64,000 nt of DNA, from the NCBI RefSeq assembly GCF_011745625.1, contig NW_027191455.1, positions 620,001 through 684,000 of the forward strand. Reading direction: 5' to 3'. Made by a program: the position numbers and the translations under genes. Positions 21,020-34,472 of the stretch are shown here, piece by piece (the first letter of the stretch is position 1; each line of letters begins with the position of its first letter). The notes beneath the pieces are model-generated. The model had not been told where the DNA came from, did not search any database, and saw only the letters and a list, made by a program, of their open reading frames with translations. Source of the stretch: Cladosporium halotolerans. Taxonomy: Eukaryota.

Positions 21020-24000
21020 TCAGCGCACAATACTAGCTCCCCTTCCGATCATCCCGATCCCGCCCTTACCAGCCTGCAGACTCTGCCTGACGATCAGCTC
21101 CGCCGCCGCAGCGGCCGCCAGCCTCTCCTTCTGCCTGCTGCGGTCGCGGAGGTAGCGCTCGGCCTCGGGCCGCATGCGCAGGATGCGCAGGATCATGTCG
21201 TCGTTCGGGTCGGCCTGGATCTCCTTCCGCTTCTCTTCCTTGGCCTTCTTCATGGTGCCCAGGTTGCGGCTCATCATGATGCTCTTGGAGCGTCTGGTTG
21301 GCAGGGCGGCGAAGATGCTGCTGTTGGCTGCGCCGCCGATGTTGCCGAACGTGGGCGGAGCGGAGAGTCGGTTGAGGCGCGCCGCGGCTTCTTGCTGGCG
21401 GGCGGCGGTGGCGGTGGCCATCGCTTCGGAGGTGCGGATGAGGTTGTCGGTAGTCTCGAAGTAGAAGAAGTTGAGGTTTTGTAGGTCGTGGTATTTGGGT
21501 GACTTGAGGACGTCAAGCGGTACGCCGAGGACTTCGCTGGTCTCTTCGTCGACAGCATGGAAGAAGTCAAACAGGATCTGTGATCGTTAGCATCCGGGTT
21601 GTGTATCTGAAAGAAAATCCGTCATGGACATACCTGCAGCCATTTGTAGACCACATCGACTTCCTGCAAAGTGAGCGGACGCTGTGAGCTGATCTTGTCG
21701 CTCAACGGCGGAACGAGCAAGCCCTCCAGAGTCACCAGGACTTCTTTCCACAATCTCGTCATAACCATGACCATGGCGCTGTCAGTGAGGGTCTGCTTCA
21801 TAATTGCGAAGTTGTCATCAAAGTAGGTCAACAGTGGCTTCAAAGCGTTGTTGACATCAAGCTGCGACGGAGCAGTAGATGGGGTCGGCACGGCAGCCAT
21901 GGAAGTTGGCCGGCCCGACATCTTGGACCAGTAGCCTTTCATCGAGTTCAAACCGGCAGTGACCTGTACGTTGATATTCTGCGCAGTCAAAGCACGAAGT
22001 GTGCGGCGCGACAGACATTGGTGGATGTATGCGCTGAGCTTGTCGGTGATCTTGCGCGTCATGTCGCGTTCGGTACGCTTGAGTGTCCTGAAAGCCTTTC
22101 CAAAGTAGAATTGGATGTCGTCGCGTTCGCCTTCCATGCTGACGCGGACCAGCAGGCGACCCTGGGTGTCAAGGTCAAGCCAATACTCGCGAGGCATGAA
22201 GTCGTTGAAGTGACTCGGGTCCAGCTTCAAGCTGGTGCGGCCAAGGCAGTCGTGATCGCCGAGCGCATCCCAATCCCAGACAGTTGCAATGACATTGAGC
22301 GGGCCGGTGGTGATAATGTCGACGCTCTCATCCCAGCGAGGGTTAAGGTTTCCGTAGACGGTCCTGGTCTTCGCCAGTCGCTTCTGGTATTCATCACCCA
22401 AGACCACGTACGGATCGCTCAACCCGTTCATGTCTCCTGCCTTGAGATCCTCTGCCTCAATGATCTTGATCGTGAAGACATACTTGTTTCCTCGCATCCT
22501 TGGCGGTGGCGGATCCCGGCGTTGGATCACCTCAGCGCAAGCATCGACGTTGATCTCATGCTGTAGCTTATCCAGCTGGTTAGTTGCGTACTCAATGTTA
22601 TTGAGCTTCACAAGACTCTCCGGCAAAAATTGAAACGGTTCGACCTTCTCTTTCTGATTCCAGGCGTCGCGCGCCATCGCAACCCATTTCTCTTTCTGTG
22701 TCCGCTGCGCCGCCTCTTCCTGCTCCGGTGTCTGCCTGTCCATCTCGGCGACAAACCTGCGCTCCATCAACTCGCAGTAGCGTGCCACGCCAGCACCAAT
22801 GCTTTTGCCGGTGGCTGTCATGAACTTAGCGTACTGTAGATCATCATCCCATTCCAACTTGACAATCTGCTCAATGCTCTGGTTGAAGATGCGGAAGACG
22901 TCAATGGGGCTTTGACTGTGTCGCTCGTCATCAGTGGCGATGTTGCCCTCGTGGGCCGTGCGAACCTTGAAATCGTCCTGAGCCAGCGCGCCTTCAATCC
23001 AGTCCAGGATCTTCGTGTCGGTGGCAGCGATCCATCGCCAGACAAATTCTTGAAGCAAGCCCTCAATGTGGAAACCGAAATCGCGGCCGGGCAACGCACT
23101 TGCGTGGACCTGCCGGATTGAGACCAATTCCTTGTACAGATCAAAGCCATCCTGAATCGGCACATCCTCCTCTTTCGACTTTGACATTTCCATGATGCGA
23201 CTGACGAGTGCCCTCGCGTCTTCTGCAAAGCTAGGGAGGATCTCCTCGACCAGGATGGACAACGGGTTGGCACCCATGACCTCCGGGTTCTTCCTGTAGC
23301 GCTTCTGGATCTTCTCAGACAAGTTGACGACAGCTGAGCCAAGCTTGATGATATGAGCGAACTCCCATTCATCGGCTTGCTCGGGAACATGCTTGGACAA
23401 GATCTCTCCATACTTGTCCCGAGCCTTCTGACGAAGTGATTCGATCAGGGAGTTCGTGAACCCGTCTAGCTCTTCTGGCGTTGTGGAGAAGAGAGGATCT
23501 TCGTACAGATGCGTATCAATGACATATAGAACAACTCCAATGCTCGGCGGTTTGCTTTCGTAGCAATTTCCAAACAGAGTGAAAAGTTCGCGTAACAGAG
23601 CATCGTGCAATGCTGAGAGCGCCTTTTGCCACACCGACTGATCGTAAGTAGTCCACTTGCCGCGGTCGAACATATTGGCTTGCGCTTGTAGAGCGGGAGC
23701 AGACTTGCCTTTCTTTGAAGGCTCAGGCGGAGGCTCTTTCACGAAGAGGAACGCGGCGTCGAGTGTTTCCAGACTGGCGTCCTGCGCAAGAAACTTGTCC
23801 TTGACAACATCCAGGAAGAGTACCAGCCGCGTGGAAAACGGTATGCGCCATCGTAGCCCAACTTCATTGAGCAACTCCGTGCTTTGGAGACTCAACAGCT
23901 TGATCTCAGTAGCATCCTCCGAAACAGATGAGGGCTCAAGATCCTCGTCTTTCATGTCGTGAGTAAGAGCGACTTGCAAGATATGACGATAGTACGCTCG

Positions 24001-25266
24001 TGCGTCTAGAGGAATGAATGTGAACTTTGCTTCTGCGCCGTCCACAGACGCACTTCTTGAGTCCCGCGGCGAATTGCCTCCCAGATTCAAGCTGCTGAGA
24101 TCGACAGGCTGGTCGATCATGTAGCTTGAAGCACCTTCAATACTATGTGGCCTGCTCCCATCGGAAGACTCGATTTCGGCTTGCACACTGGCAGAAGGTT
24201 TGAAAGCCGGTAGTGCACCGCTGGTACTGCTTTTGGCAAGTTCTGGGTTTGACTGAATGATGGCCAGCATCATTTGACTGAGGTCACCCGTTTCTCCTTT
24301 TCGCCATGACTCGAAAGCTTCCTCCGTGTCAAAATCACCTTGGGTGAGCGTTGCTTTCGTGCTCAGCATGAGATGGTTCTGGTACTCCTTCAAATCTTTC
24401 AGGGCAGCAGTCTCGGTCCACTCTTCCTTGTGCGCATTGATATCGTTTTGGGCCTGGGCAGTGGGAATTGCGAATATGCGACAGACGCGGATGACTAGTG
24501 GCATGTCCCTAACCTCGTAGCTCCTCGGAACCTCGACCTCGACGCTCTGTCCACCTTGTCCACCTGCCCGATGATTCGCGTCTGCCAAATCCTGATCGTG
24601 CTGCAGGAGCTTGGTCTCCAAAGTATGTAGCCTGCTGCTCAGCTCAGGTCTTTCCCTCGCCCAATCGTTGTTCTTGAGCACGTTGCTGATCAACCTCACG
24701 AACAGTGCAACGTGACGGTCCACCATCATCTTCCAGCTGTCATCGTCCGGCGCCTTGCCCTTTTGCAGCTCCGATGTTGCCTTTGAGAAGAAGATCAGAA
24801 GCAGATCCTCCACCCTCCGGTCCTTCTCCATCGATTTCCTGAAAGTTGGGTTCTTGAACTCGTTCAAAAACGCGGCAAACGTTCTCTTGACTAGTGCATC
24901 GCTGTACTCCGGCATCTTCTCCTGACCAACTAAAACCTTCGTGATACGCTTGTCCAAGGCACCCATAAACGCGTGTGGAAATCTTGTGCTCTTTGAGTCT
25001 CGGATCAGGCTGAAGTCCTTGACCATGTCCTGGATGCTGGTGGAGCTCCGCTGAATGGGCTTGCTTGTATTCGCGACATGCTGGACACGCTTCTGGCGTG
25101 GCTGAAGGAGATATGACAGGAACGCGACGCGAAGGGCGTACGTGTACGCCTCATTGTCGCTGATGGGGGGTTTGGCGTAGGATATGTTGCGGCGAAGGTC
25201 TCTGGAGGCGGCAGGCCGAGAGTTGGCTCGCTTGCTGTTCACCGACGTGCGAGCGGAGGAGGCCAT
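21020..25266 (-). CDS. Munc13-homology (MHD1-C2-MHD2) exocytosis protein, Ync13/Yor296w-like; intron 21578-21633
   Basis: 1214-codon ORF with a C2 domain (IIEAEDLKAGDMNGLSDPYV..LNPRWDE..VWDWD) and MHD2 (PLLTYFDDNF..RLWKEVL). The intron GTATGT..GCTAAC..ACAG continues into ILFDFFHA..DDMILRILRMR. Confidence 0.88.
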
Positions 25267-26427
25267 TTTGGCACCTGGGATCGCACGGGGAGAGTATACT
25301 GGTGTTGCGATACGATGGTGTGTGCCAGCTCACTTCATTCTGCGAGGGTCCGGGGAATCGCAAGTGGGGTGACGATCGACAGAGGAGCAGGCCGCGATAG
25401 GGAGCGGGCTGTGGGACGCGGCGACACTGCAGTGCCAGCAGGCGAAGGGTGAACAGAGGTGTAGAAGTGCGAGGAAGACGAGCAGGACACAGTCGTGGTG
25501 GTGGTGCAGCACAGGTGGTTCACTCGTCGCAGCGCTACGCTACGCCAACATTGCTAGACTGGGCCAGGGCACGTCCGTCAATCAAACAGCAGCGACGCAG
25601 GAAGGCACGTCACTGGCAGAGCAGGGGCAAAGCCACGCCCGTACCGCCGCCCGTGTTTCAGGCCTCGCGCCATGCAACCACCACCCAGCGCCCGCCGTCT
25701 CCAAGCCCGGCCCGACCCGCGCCACGCAGTCCGCAACCTCACCTCTTGCTGATGGCGACGAGTGCGTGGAGGCGGAGGACCGGTATCAACCGACCACATG
25801 CGCGGCATCATGGCGTTGAGCAGTCTGGTGACTCCGATGCGCTCGTTTGAGCATGTATCCATGTGAGCAAGCCTCGCTCGACCCCATGAGAGAGCACCGT
25901 GCCCTCTCGATGCAACGACACGATTGCAACATTACATCAAATCACTCCTACGTGCCTCCCGGCTGACTCAACATTGACGCCCATAGCTTTATTGGAAAGC
26001 CCAGTTAGGAAATCGTTCGTTTGCATGTACGTGCTGCGCAGGTGCGTGTGACCTTGATTCACTCATTTCTCACTTCACTTCACTCCAAATTCCACTCCAA
26101 ATCTCCCAAAAACCTGTTTAGCTGGTCAGCTGCAGCGCCAAGAGTTCACCAGGTCACGCTCACTCTCGGTCGCCCGGCGGCATATAAATTCCTCGTCCCC
26201 GCCCTCCGCTTTCACTTCCCAAACCAAGACCACTTGCTCACGCTGCTGTCCGTTTTTCTCTTCTCTCGTGTACAGCAGTACCAGACGTGCTAACTTGCTT
26301 TCTACAGACCAGACGGCACAGCTCAAGCCTCCGCCAGCCGAGCCGCGACATAAAACCCCGCCTGCGTCTTTGCTCCCACCCAACCCCAAACACCACCCTA
26401 TCACTCAGCAATTCCACCACCATCGCA

Positions 26428-26865
26428 ATGGCTTCCTCTAACAACCAGCGCACCACTCCGACCGGCGGTTCCGCCAACGACCGTCCTCGCCTGACTGATG
26501 CTGAGAAGAAGCAGAATCACATTCTGTCTGAGCAGAAGCGTCGTCAGGCCATTCGTCAGGGCTTCGACCGTCTGGCCGCCCAGGTCCCGGGCTGCGAGGG
26601 CATGGGTCGCAGCGAGGCTCTCGTCTTGCAGGCCACCGTCAACGAAATGAAGGCTCAGACGGCTCTCAAGGAGAAGCTCAAGAAGAAGATCATGCGCGAC
26701 AATCCCGACATGACCGAGGACCTCTTCAACCAGTTCTATGAGCCGCACTCCACCGGCGTCCCGGAGGCCGTCTTCTGCCCGCCGCAGGCCAACTCCCCGG
26801 CCGCCTCCACTGGCAGCGGCTCTGGCAAGGGCAAGGGCAAGAAGGTCAAGACTGAAACCGAATAG
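26428..26865 (+). CDS. Small bHLH transcription factor (Ino4/Mlx-like)
   Basis: RPRLTDAEKKQNHILSEQKRRQAIRQGFDRLA..VPG.EGMGRSEALVL. Probable UTR introns at 26248-26307 and 26869-26929; TATA-like CATATAAA at 26181. Confidence 0.88.
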   Translation: MASSNNQRTTPTGGSANDRPRLTDAEKKQNHILSEQKRRQAIRQGFDRLAAQVPGCEGMGRSEALVLQATVNEMKAQTALKEKLKKKIMRDNPDMTEDLFNQFYEPHSTGVPEAVFCPPQANSPAASTGSGSGKGKGKKVKTETE

Positions 26866-27761
26866 ACTGTACGTATCCCCTCCTCTGTCCATCACTCAGC
26901 TGAAGTCCTCACTGACATGCCACCGCCAGGTACCACCATCACCCTGTACCACCATCACGCCTGCACGCCTTGTAATATTCTGATGCGGCGTTTCTGGATT
27001 GTTGTATTGGGAATGATACCCGGTCACCGTTTGTTTCTGACCTTGGCTCTTGGTCACTGGCGTTTTCGGAGATGGCACGGCGCTTTTCCTTTCTTCCCAC
27101 CGCAAAGCTTGTATCGCGCATCCTCTGTACTATGGTCTTCACCGACCGGTCTGTAGAGTAAGCCGCTGTTGACAAGCGACGAAAATGTAAAACCATTGTG
27201 CAACACCTCTGTCTTCTCCTCTCATTGCCGTCCCCCTCACCGCTCTCGTCTCCTGTCGTCCCCTCCAAAGCCCGCTTTCGCGACAGCTGGACCTCTCTCC
27301 CACACAGCCCAAAATCCCGTGAGGTGAGGTTAACGAAGTGCAAGCCCGACCCCGCCATGGCAGACTCACAGCATGGGCCCGCTCGACACGCCCCTCGGAC
27401 CGTCTGCGGCCACTGTGAGGTTGCGATCATCCTCGAGCGTCCTCCCTCGGCGTCTCATGGGCAATTCATCACATGCACCAGGTGCGCGCGGCGCGCCGCT
27501 CAACTGATCAAAAGTATGTTTTTGCAGAGTCGCATTCATCCCATTTTCTGCACATGTATAGATCTCGAAGCAAAAATGCGAAGGCATGTTGAATCCTCCG
27601 CTCGCGCCAGCTCTCTCCTCCGAGCCGCTTGTCCAGAACGGCACACCAAATCCAACCTCACATTCTCGCCAAAAATCACGATCAAATCTACACGAAAGCG
27701 TCCTCCGACCCGGCACTCCATCCACCGAACCCACCCACCCTCCCACCACCGCCTCCCCCAC

Positions 27762-29325
27762 TCAATAAAACGCCCTCACCCGCCACCCAACCTTCATAAC
27801 CCGCGTGGCAGCAAAGCACCCGAAAGCCAACACATAGCACAGCGCGGTCCACAGCGCGACGCCCCAGTACGCGCCTCCGCTTGCGCTGATGATGGCGCCG
27901 CAGATCGGGATGCCCGTCAGGGTGCCGAAGCTGACGATCGTGTAGCAGGTGGCGTAGTAGCGGCCGTACTCCTGCGTGTCGCACAGCATGCCGACGCAGA
28001 CGGGCGTCAGGCTGATGTTGCTGCCGCTCGCGAAGCCCATGAGCACGCAGTAGGTGATGGTCAGGCCTTCGATGACGGCGGGCCGCGTGGAGGCGAGCTC
28101 CGAGAGGACCGTGGCCGGCAGCCAGAGCGCGGCGGACGACAGCATGCACAGCGCGACCATGAGCAGCATCGTGTTGTAGCGGCCGAGGATGTCGGCGAAG
28201 TAGCCCGGCAGCCAGCGGCCGAGGGACGAGCCTGCGTTGAAGATCGCGATGATCTGGTAGGCGAAGGCGTCGCTCGTCGCGCCCGTGCGGAGGGTGTAGG
28301 AGGCCAGGTAGGTGATGGGCACGAAGAGGCCGTACTCCAGGAAGAAAGTGCCGAGCGTGCACATGAGGAAGGGCACGTCGCGGAAGATGGTGAAGTCCGG
28401 GAGCACGCTGCCGCCGGGCTTGGGCGGCAGGCGGGAGCGGATCAGGAGGTTGGCGAAGGCGAGGAGCGCGATGAAGATGAAGCCGAGGATGCGGCTGGCC
28501 CAGGCCCAGCCGAGTTGGGGGTAGAGTTGCTGGAGCATCAGAGGGAAGATGATGCCTCCTACGGACCCGCCGGCGGCTGCGATGCCGGTGGCGTTGGCGC
28601 GCTTGACCATGAACCAGTGGCCGATGGCTGAGATGGCAGGCGTGAAGATGAGAGAGGTGCCGACGCCTCCCAGGACGCCGAAGACGAGCATGAAGTGCCA
28701 GTATTCTGTTTCACCACGGTCAGCATTCAGATCTCGACCAGAATTCATCGCACCGCAAAGAGGACTCACCAGTACACTCCGCCATCAAAAACGCACTCAG
28801 CAGCAGACAGACGGTGCCCGCGGCCAAAATCCACCTCGGCCCATGCGCATCGAACACCGGCCCGACCTGCACGCCGCAGAAGAAGGCCAGAAAGACGTAG
28901 ACCGAGAAAATCCAGCCGATCGCCTGCTCGCCGTAGCTCTCGAGCTGGTGGCTGCCGAGATACGCGTGGAAAATTCCAATCGTGTTCATGTACCCGAACC
29001 CCGCCGTCATACCGCAGAAGGACCCGAAGACCACGAGCCAGGCCCGCAGGCCGCCCTCGGGGTACTCGATGTCGTCCTTCGGCCGGCCGGTGCTGTCCTG
29101 AGGGAAGTCATCGTTGTCGTTGTCGTTGTCGTCGTCGTGCTCATCTGCCCGGGGCCCGGAGGCGCGAGGCCGGCGTGGCGCGCATGCTTTCTCCGTGTCG
29201 AGGACCGCGGCGGCGGTCTGCGGCGAGGACACGGGGTGCAGCGAGAGGCTGGCGCTGTTGTTGCGGGGGCGCGTAGCGGGTGTTGTTGTTAGTCCTGGCG
29301 TGCTGCCTTTGGTTTCGGCGCTCAT
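27762..29325 (-). CDS. MFS monocarboxylate-porter family transporter (Mch5/riboflavin transporter-like); intron 28706-28769
   Basis: [61 protein letters not shown]. Confidence 0.92.
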
Positions 29326-30080
29326 CCGCCACCGGAGGGAGTCGTTCTGAAGCGAAGGGTCTTCTTCTCCGCGCCTGCGAGACCGGCTGAGGGGCCTGAC
29401 ATAGACAGGGCAGCGAGCTGGAGCTGAGAGGGCTGCTGCGCAGGCAAGAGAGACTCGTTCTTTTCACCTGGAGCAGAGAAAATATCGATACAGGGAGTGG
29501 CGGTGTCTATATATACGGTAACATGCTGATCATGCAGCCGCACAGTCATGGCGAAAGGTATAATCGCACCCAGACCCACGTGCAGAGGCCGCGATGCCGT
29601 CTCGGCTTCAAGGGCCCATTCTGGCGGGAGAGTGCGGTCAATTTTCTTCGCGTCATGGAGCGCGCATATTGGCTGGCGGTGCTAACGCACGCGGTTCGGC
29701 AAATGCGGATCGGGGCTGGGCGATTAGGCGAGTGGAGCAGAAAAAGCGGCGCGATGAGGGAAAGAGGAAGGCAGGCGGGCCGGCGGTTGGATTCGAAGGC
29801 CTGGGGAAAAGCCAATCCGACAGGGCGTGGCTTTGACGACGGAATTCAGCCCGGAGATGCGAGGGCGCGGCGTTGGAGTTCGGCGTGGGAGATAGATGCA
29901 TCGCGGAGCCCGCCGATGGCACGATTGGAAAGATACAAAAAAAAAGAAAGAAAGAGAGGATGTGATGAATATTGAGAGATGCATTTGTCAATGTCCATAC
30001 AGGCTCAACTCCCATCAGCTGAAATATTTCGGTAACCCTGCGTGGTATTACTCCCAGCGATTGCATTCGAGTCCACCACC

Positions 30081-32525
30081 TCACGACACTTCCCTCTTCG
30101 CCGCAACCGCGATTTCCCTTTTCAATTCCTCCAGCCGTCTGTGCATCTTCCACAGCTTCTCACGTTCATCCTGCCTGATCGTCTCGCCCTTCGACTGCCG
30201 CTCAGCGATGGAATCGTAGAGCTTGACATACTGGGGGTAGTAGCGCTCGCGGAAATTCCTGGCTTTCTCGACGCCTTGCTCGTAGGTGATGTGCTCCATG
30301 ATGGGCCCTGAAGAGTCGCTGCTGCCGCTGTCGAAGACGGCGTCAGGGGAGGTGCCGCTGGCGGTGGTCATTGTGCGCGCGGTGCCGAATGAGCTCGAGT
30401 GCGAGCGTTGTGAGATTGAGGAGTTGGATTCGGTCTTGCGGTGCTTGAGGTCGGAGCCGTTCTGGTTTCGAGCAAGCGACTCCTCAGCCTTGCGCTTGTT
30501 GAGGGTCGTGGGCTTCACGCTAGTCGCAACAGGTGCTCGCTGTGAAGACACGCCGTTGGTAGTAGGTGAAGGACGCTTGTCGACGGGCTTCACAGCCGTC
30601 GCCTTCTTGTCACCGTCACTGGAGGTGAAAGACTCGCGGCTCGTGACCGTGTCTTGACGTTTCTTGCGCACGCCGTTAGCGCCAGCGGTGGTGATCCCAA
30701 GACCCTTGGGAGCCGCCGCGTCGCTTTGCTTTGCGCGCTGAACGCCCACAGCACTTCGATCCGAGACGTCTGAAGCGTTCCGCGGCCTCGCCGCACCTAG
30801 CGGTGAAGGTACGGTAGGTCGAGTGTGAGACTTGGAAGGCGACAGCTGAGTCCTCTGTCGTGAAGGCGCAGGAAGTGCACCGTTTGATGGAGTTGAGCTA
30901 CCGTTCGCGGCTGGCTTGGCTGGCTTGATGGCCGGTGAAGACGTCGCTTTCGAAGGTAGTGCGCCGGGTTTCGCCTTGGCGTTGGCAACCGTCGGTTTTG
31001 TGGCTGGTTTCACAGGCTTGACATGACTGTCGGCGTTCTCAGGTGATGGCGTGTTTGCTGCCTTGGGCTTGGGTTTGACAGCTGCGGTGGCCTGGCTCGG
31101 TTTCGGAGCCACGCTTGGCGGCAATTCCCTGATCTCGCCCTCCTCATCCTCATCATCTGAGCTGTGAACAAGTTCTGCAGACTTGATCTTAGATGATGGC
31201 GCAGTGGTGCTCCTGCTTGACGCCGAGGCTCTGGCCGGCTTCTGCTTCTTCGCGACCCTACCATCCCTGTCGCTGGCTGCAGCCTCCCGCTCTCTCTTTC
31301 GTTTTTCCTTCGCCTCTTCCGCCGCCCGTGCCTTTTTAGGATCTTTCGCCAGCAGTCGCTTCTTCATATCCGAGCCAGCTGATTTTGCCACAGCAGGCTT
31401 GGGCGTGCCGGACTGCCCAATGCGGGGAGTGTTCGCCGAGCTGAGAGGTCTCTCATCTTCGCTGCCGTGCGGCTGTGGACTGGGCATATGATTGGGCGTA
31501 GATCCCTTGCCCGGTTGGGGTGCACTCAAATGGAGCTTGGAGAGAACCTTGCCCTTCCCTCTCTCTTCTTTCGGCAACAACGTCTGCCACAACTTCTCCT
31601 CCCTGCCCACTCTGGACCGGTCATAAGCCCTGATAGCGTTGTCGATAGCCATCTGCCTGTCTTCTTGCGTCTTGTATCCAAAACTCCAAACATCCAATTC
31701 CTTGTACGCTCTGTCCAACAACTTCCATTTGCCGTCGATATGCTGTGCGATCTTGCTCACTACTGCCTCTAGATCCGCCTTTGGTATGCGTGTAATTTTA
31801 ATGATGTCGTCTGTCGAGGCGGGCTTCATGGCGAGGAGATGGACGACGGGTGTCTTCATTGCCTGCCTCCGTAGCGTCTGATCGCTGGGCGCCGAAGTGG
31901 CCGAGAGACCGGCTCTGGATGGTGTACCGACAGCGCTCAAGGACGGACTAGAGTTTCCAGAACTCAAGCCCAGCAAACCACCACGCTTTTGTTTCCTTGC
32001 CGCATCAAATCTGTTTTTGTACTCCGGGAGAACGTCGTCGGTGATGAGTGTAGACTTTGCCTTCTTTTCCTCCTGGTACGAGGCCATGCTGTTCTGTAGG
32101 GCTGCGAGGGCGGCATCTGCTCCGGCAGTGTCGGGTTGGGAGGACAGGGTGGGAGCAAAAGACGCTCGGTGGGTGATGAGAGCGTCGAAGTTGAATTCAT
32201 CAGGGGAGGTGGAGGTGTAGAGTTCGTTTCGGAAGGTATCGGGGGAGACACTGAGGTCCAAGGATCGATTTCCCAGACGGAGTTTCTAGAATAGGGCCTC
32301 AGCATACACACTCCGGTTCAGGGACTCTGAAGAAAGCCTTACCGGAACCTTGCCAGTGACGAGGTGCAACCCATCCTTGCCATTCGACGCCGCCCGGAGG
32401 TCATTGAGCATGCTCTGAGAGAGCTTGAACAGGATTGCGGACTTGGAGCTGTGCGTGGTGTCGTCCATGTCTGCTGAAAGTCCACGCAGCGAGACGCCGC
32501 CAGCGGGAAGCGTGGAGACGGCCAT
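30081..32525 (-). CDS. ell1: RNA polymerase II elongation factor Ell1-like protein; intron 32286-32342
   Basis: Central PVVHLLAMKP..W.L.DRAYKELDVWSFGY..DRQMAIDNA block and C-terminal FRERYYPQYVKLY..LWKMHRRLEELKREI (occludin/ELL-type). The intron GTAAGG..GCTGAG..CTAG is in frame. Confidence 0.7.
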
Positions 32526-34472
32526 GCTGCGTGGAAGAGGGGTGTGAGGGAGAACAAAACGGGGCGAGAAGCGGAGTGGTCGGCTAATTGGGGCGCATGC
32601 GTGTCAAAGAAGCCATATGCTTGTCTTTCAAACAGGGCACAAAGCTGAGGAATCACCGGGCATCAGCGACGCCGTGTCTCATGGACGATGACGTTCCGGG
32701 CAGCACTCACCAGCCTCTAAGAATGTTTGCCGGAGAGCACAAGCATGGCCAGTCAAGGCATGCCGCAGCGGGAGGGAGAGGGTCACACGGCGAGCAGCAA
32801 CACAGGGTGGAGGAGTAGCAGAGGACGGACGGCGGTGGCAGCAGTGGCAGTGGCAGTGGCAGTAGTGAGAGTGAGAGTCGTGCGTAGCGTAGCGGCCTCG
32901 CCTTCGAGGTACAAGGCCCGGACGCTCGGACAGCGCCCGTTTAACCTCGCCGCGCTAGCCTGGGAACGTTGGAGACGGGCGGGCGAGCTGCCTGCAAACG
33001 CAGCGCGATGCTGTCGCCGGCCAGCGCTTGGCGCCCGTCCACATGGGCCGCGGTGGGCGAGGGCGGGTAGCACAACGCTCGCCTCCAGGCTCTCCGTCCG
33101 GCAGGGGACAAGGACGGCGGACATGGCACACTGCCCTTTCGCCCTTTCGCCTCCCAAACCGGCGGCCTCGACTGCACGGGCGGACGCAGACAAAGCGGCG
33201 GCGGGCGGGCAGCGCGTGTGCCTGCCGACGCAGCCTCCGAATCGGGCACATGGCTCGCATGGCTCCCAGCGGAGCAGACAGCCGAGCCACCCCAATCCCT
33301 GCCCGAGATCAGGCTGCGTGCCAGGGCAGGGCAGGGCCAGGGAGCGTGGGAGCGTGGTGCGTGGGTGCGTGGGTGCCTCCTAGGGCGGTGGATCCGCTCG
33401 TCGCGAGCCGAAGCGTCCTGCCAGAGTGGAGGGTGTCCAAGACGCTCCGGTGCCGCTGCGTCCGCGCATCTCTCCGCCGCGCGCGGGCGACACGAGAGCA
33501 CTATGTATGTATGTGTGCTGCTAGCCCGCCCATCTAGTGCCTCGCTGCACGCCCGCCTGGCCGTGTCGCGGCGTGCTTAACGAACGCCAGCTATCGCTGA
33601 CGCACGCCCGCAGCAGCCGCCGCGCGCTGAGGCTCATCGGGAGGTGAAGCGCCTTGTCTCAGCGCTGTCTCTGGCGATCGCTCATCGAGGCCTCCATGGA
33701 CGCGGCGGCAGCACCAACAGCACCAGCTTGACAACCGGGCGATGTGCCGGGGCGGTCGTGTGCGTCGCCTTCTTCCGCCACGGCAGGGCTTGAAAGGGCG
33801 CAGGCTCGCTCTGCCGGGTTCAGCCCAGCGCCACGCTGGCGTCGAGGGCGCCCGCTCTCCGCTGTTCTCGTGCAGCTGCGCGGACGGCGGGGCGGGTCCA
33901 TGACAGCAGCAGGTGCAGGACGAGGCGAGGCCAGACGAGGCGAGTGGGCGAGGCGTGGGAGGCTCCGAGGGCTCGCGCGATCTCCTCAGGCGCATGATCC
34001 GCACATCCTCAGGCAGGGCTGGCCGCCGACCTGTCTGCCTTGTCTGCGCCGGTAGCTTTCGGCTGCCCGTCGACACCGCCCAAGCGGAGCCAGCCCGCGC
34101 CCGCCGCCTCCACCGACATGCAGCGCCCAGGAAGTCTCTCGGTCTCTCGCCCAGCAGCCCACGGCGGCAGCCCTCAAGGTGTGCCACTACCGTGCGAGCA
34201 GCGCTTTAGACCGCAGGCGAGTTTGGCGCTGCAGACACGTGAAGAGAAGCGCAGTCTGCACCCACACAGTCCGCCCCGAGACATTTGCTTCACTGCGAAG
34301 CTTACAATCCCCCTCGGCTTACCCGGTATGCCGCGTCCTTCCCGCTGCGCCTTTCATTGTGTCCATCGGCTATGTTCACGACCGGTATCGGCACGACTGC
34401 TTCACCATGCTGTGAGATCATCGTAGAGAGCATGTTGACATCTTGTGACTCCATCGACCATTGATTCCACAT

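Noticed and set aside
32588..34426. Many overlapping ORFs in the GC-rich divergent region between the Ell1-like and dehydrogenase genes
   Set aside because: Arg/Ala/Pro-rich translations in all frames with no domain or codon bias, consistent with GC-rich promoter/UTR DNA. The same applies to 43450-44850, 51000-52100 and 54200-55100.
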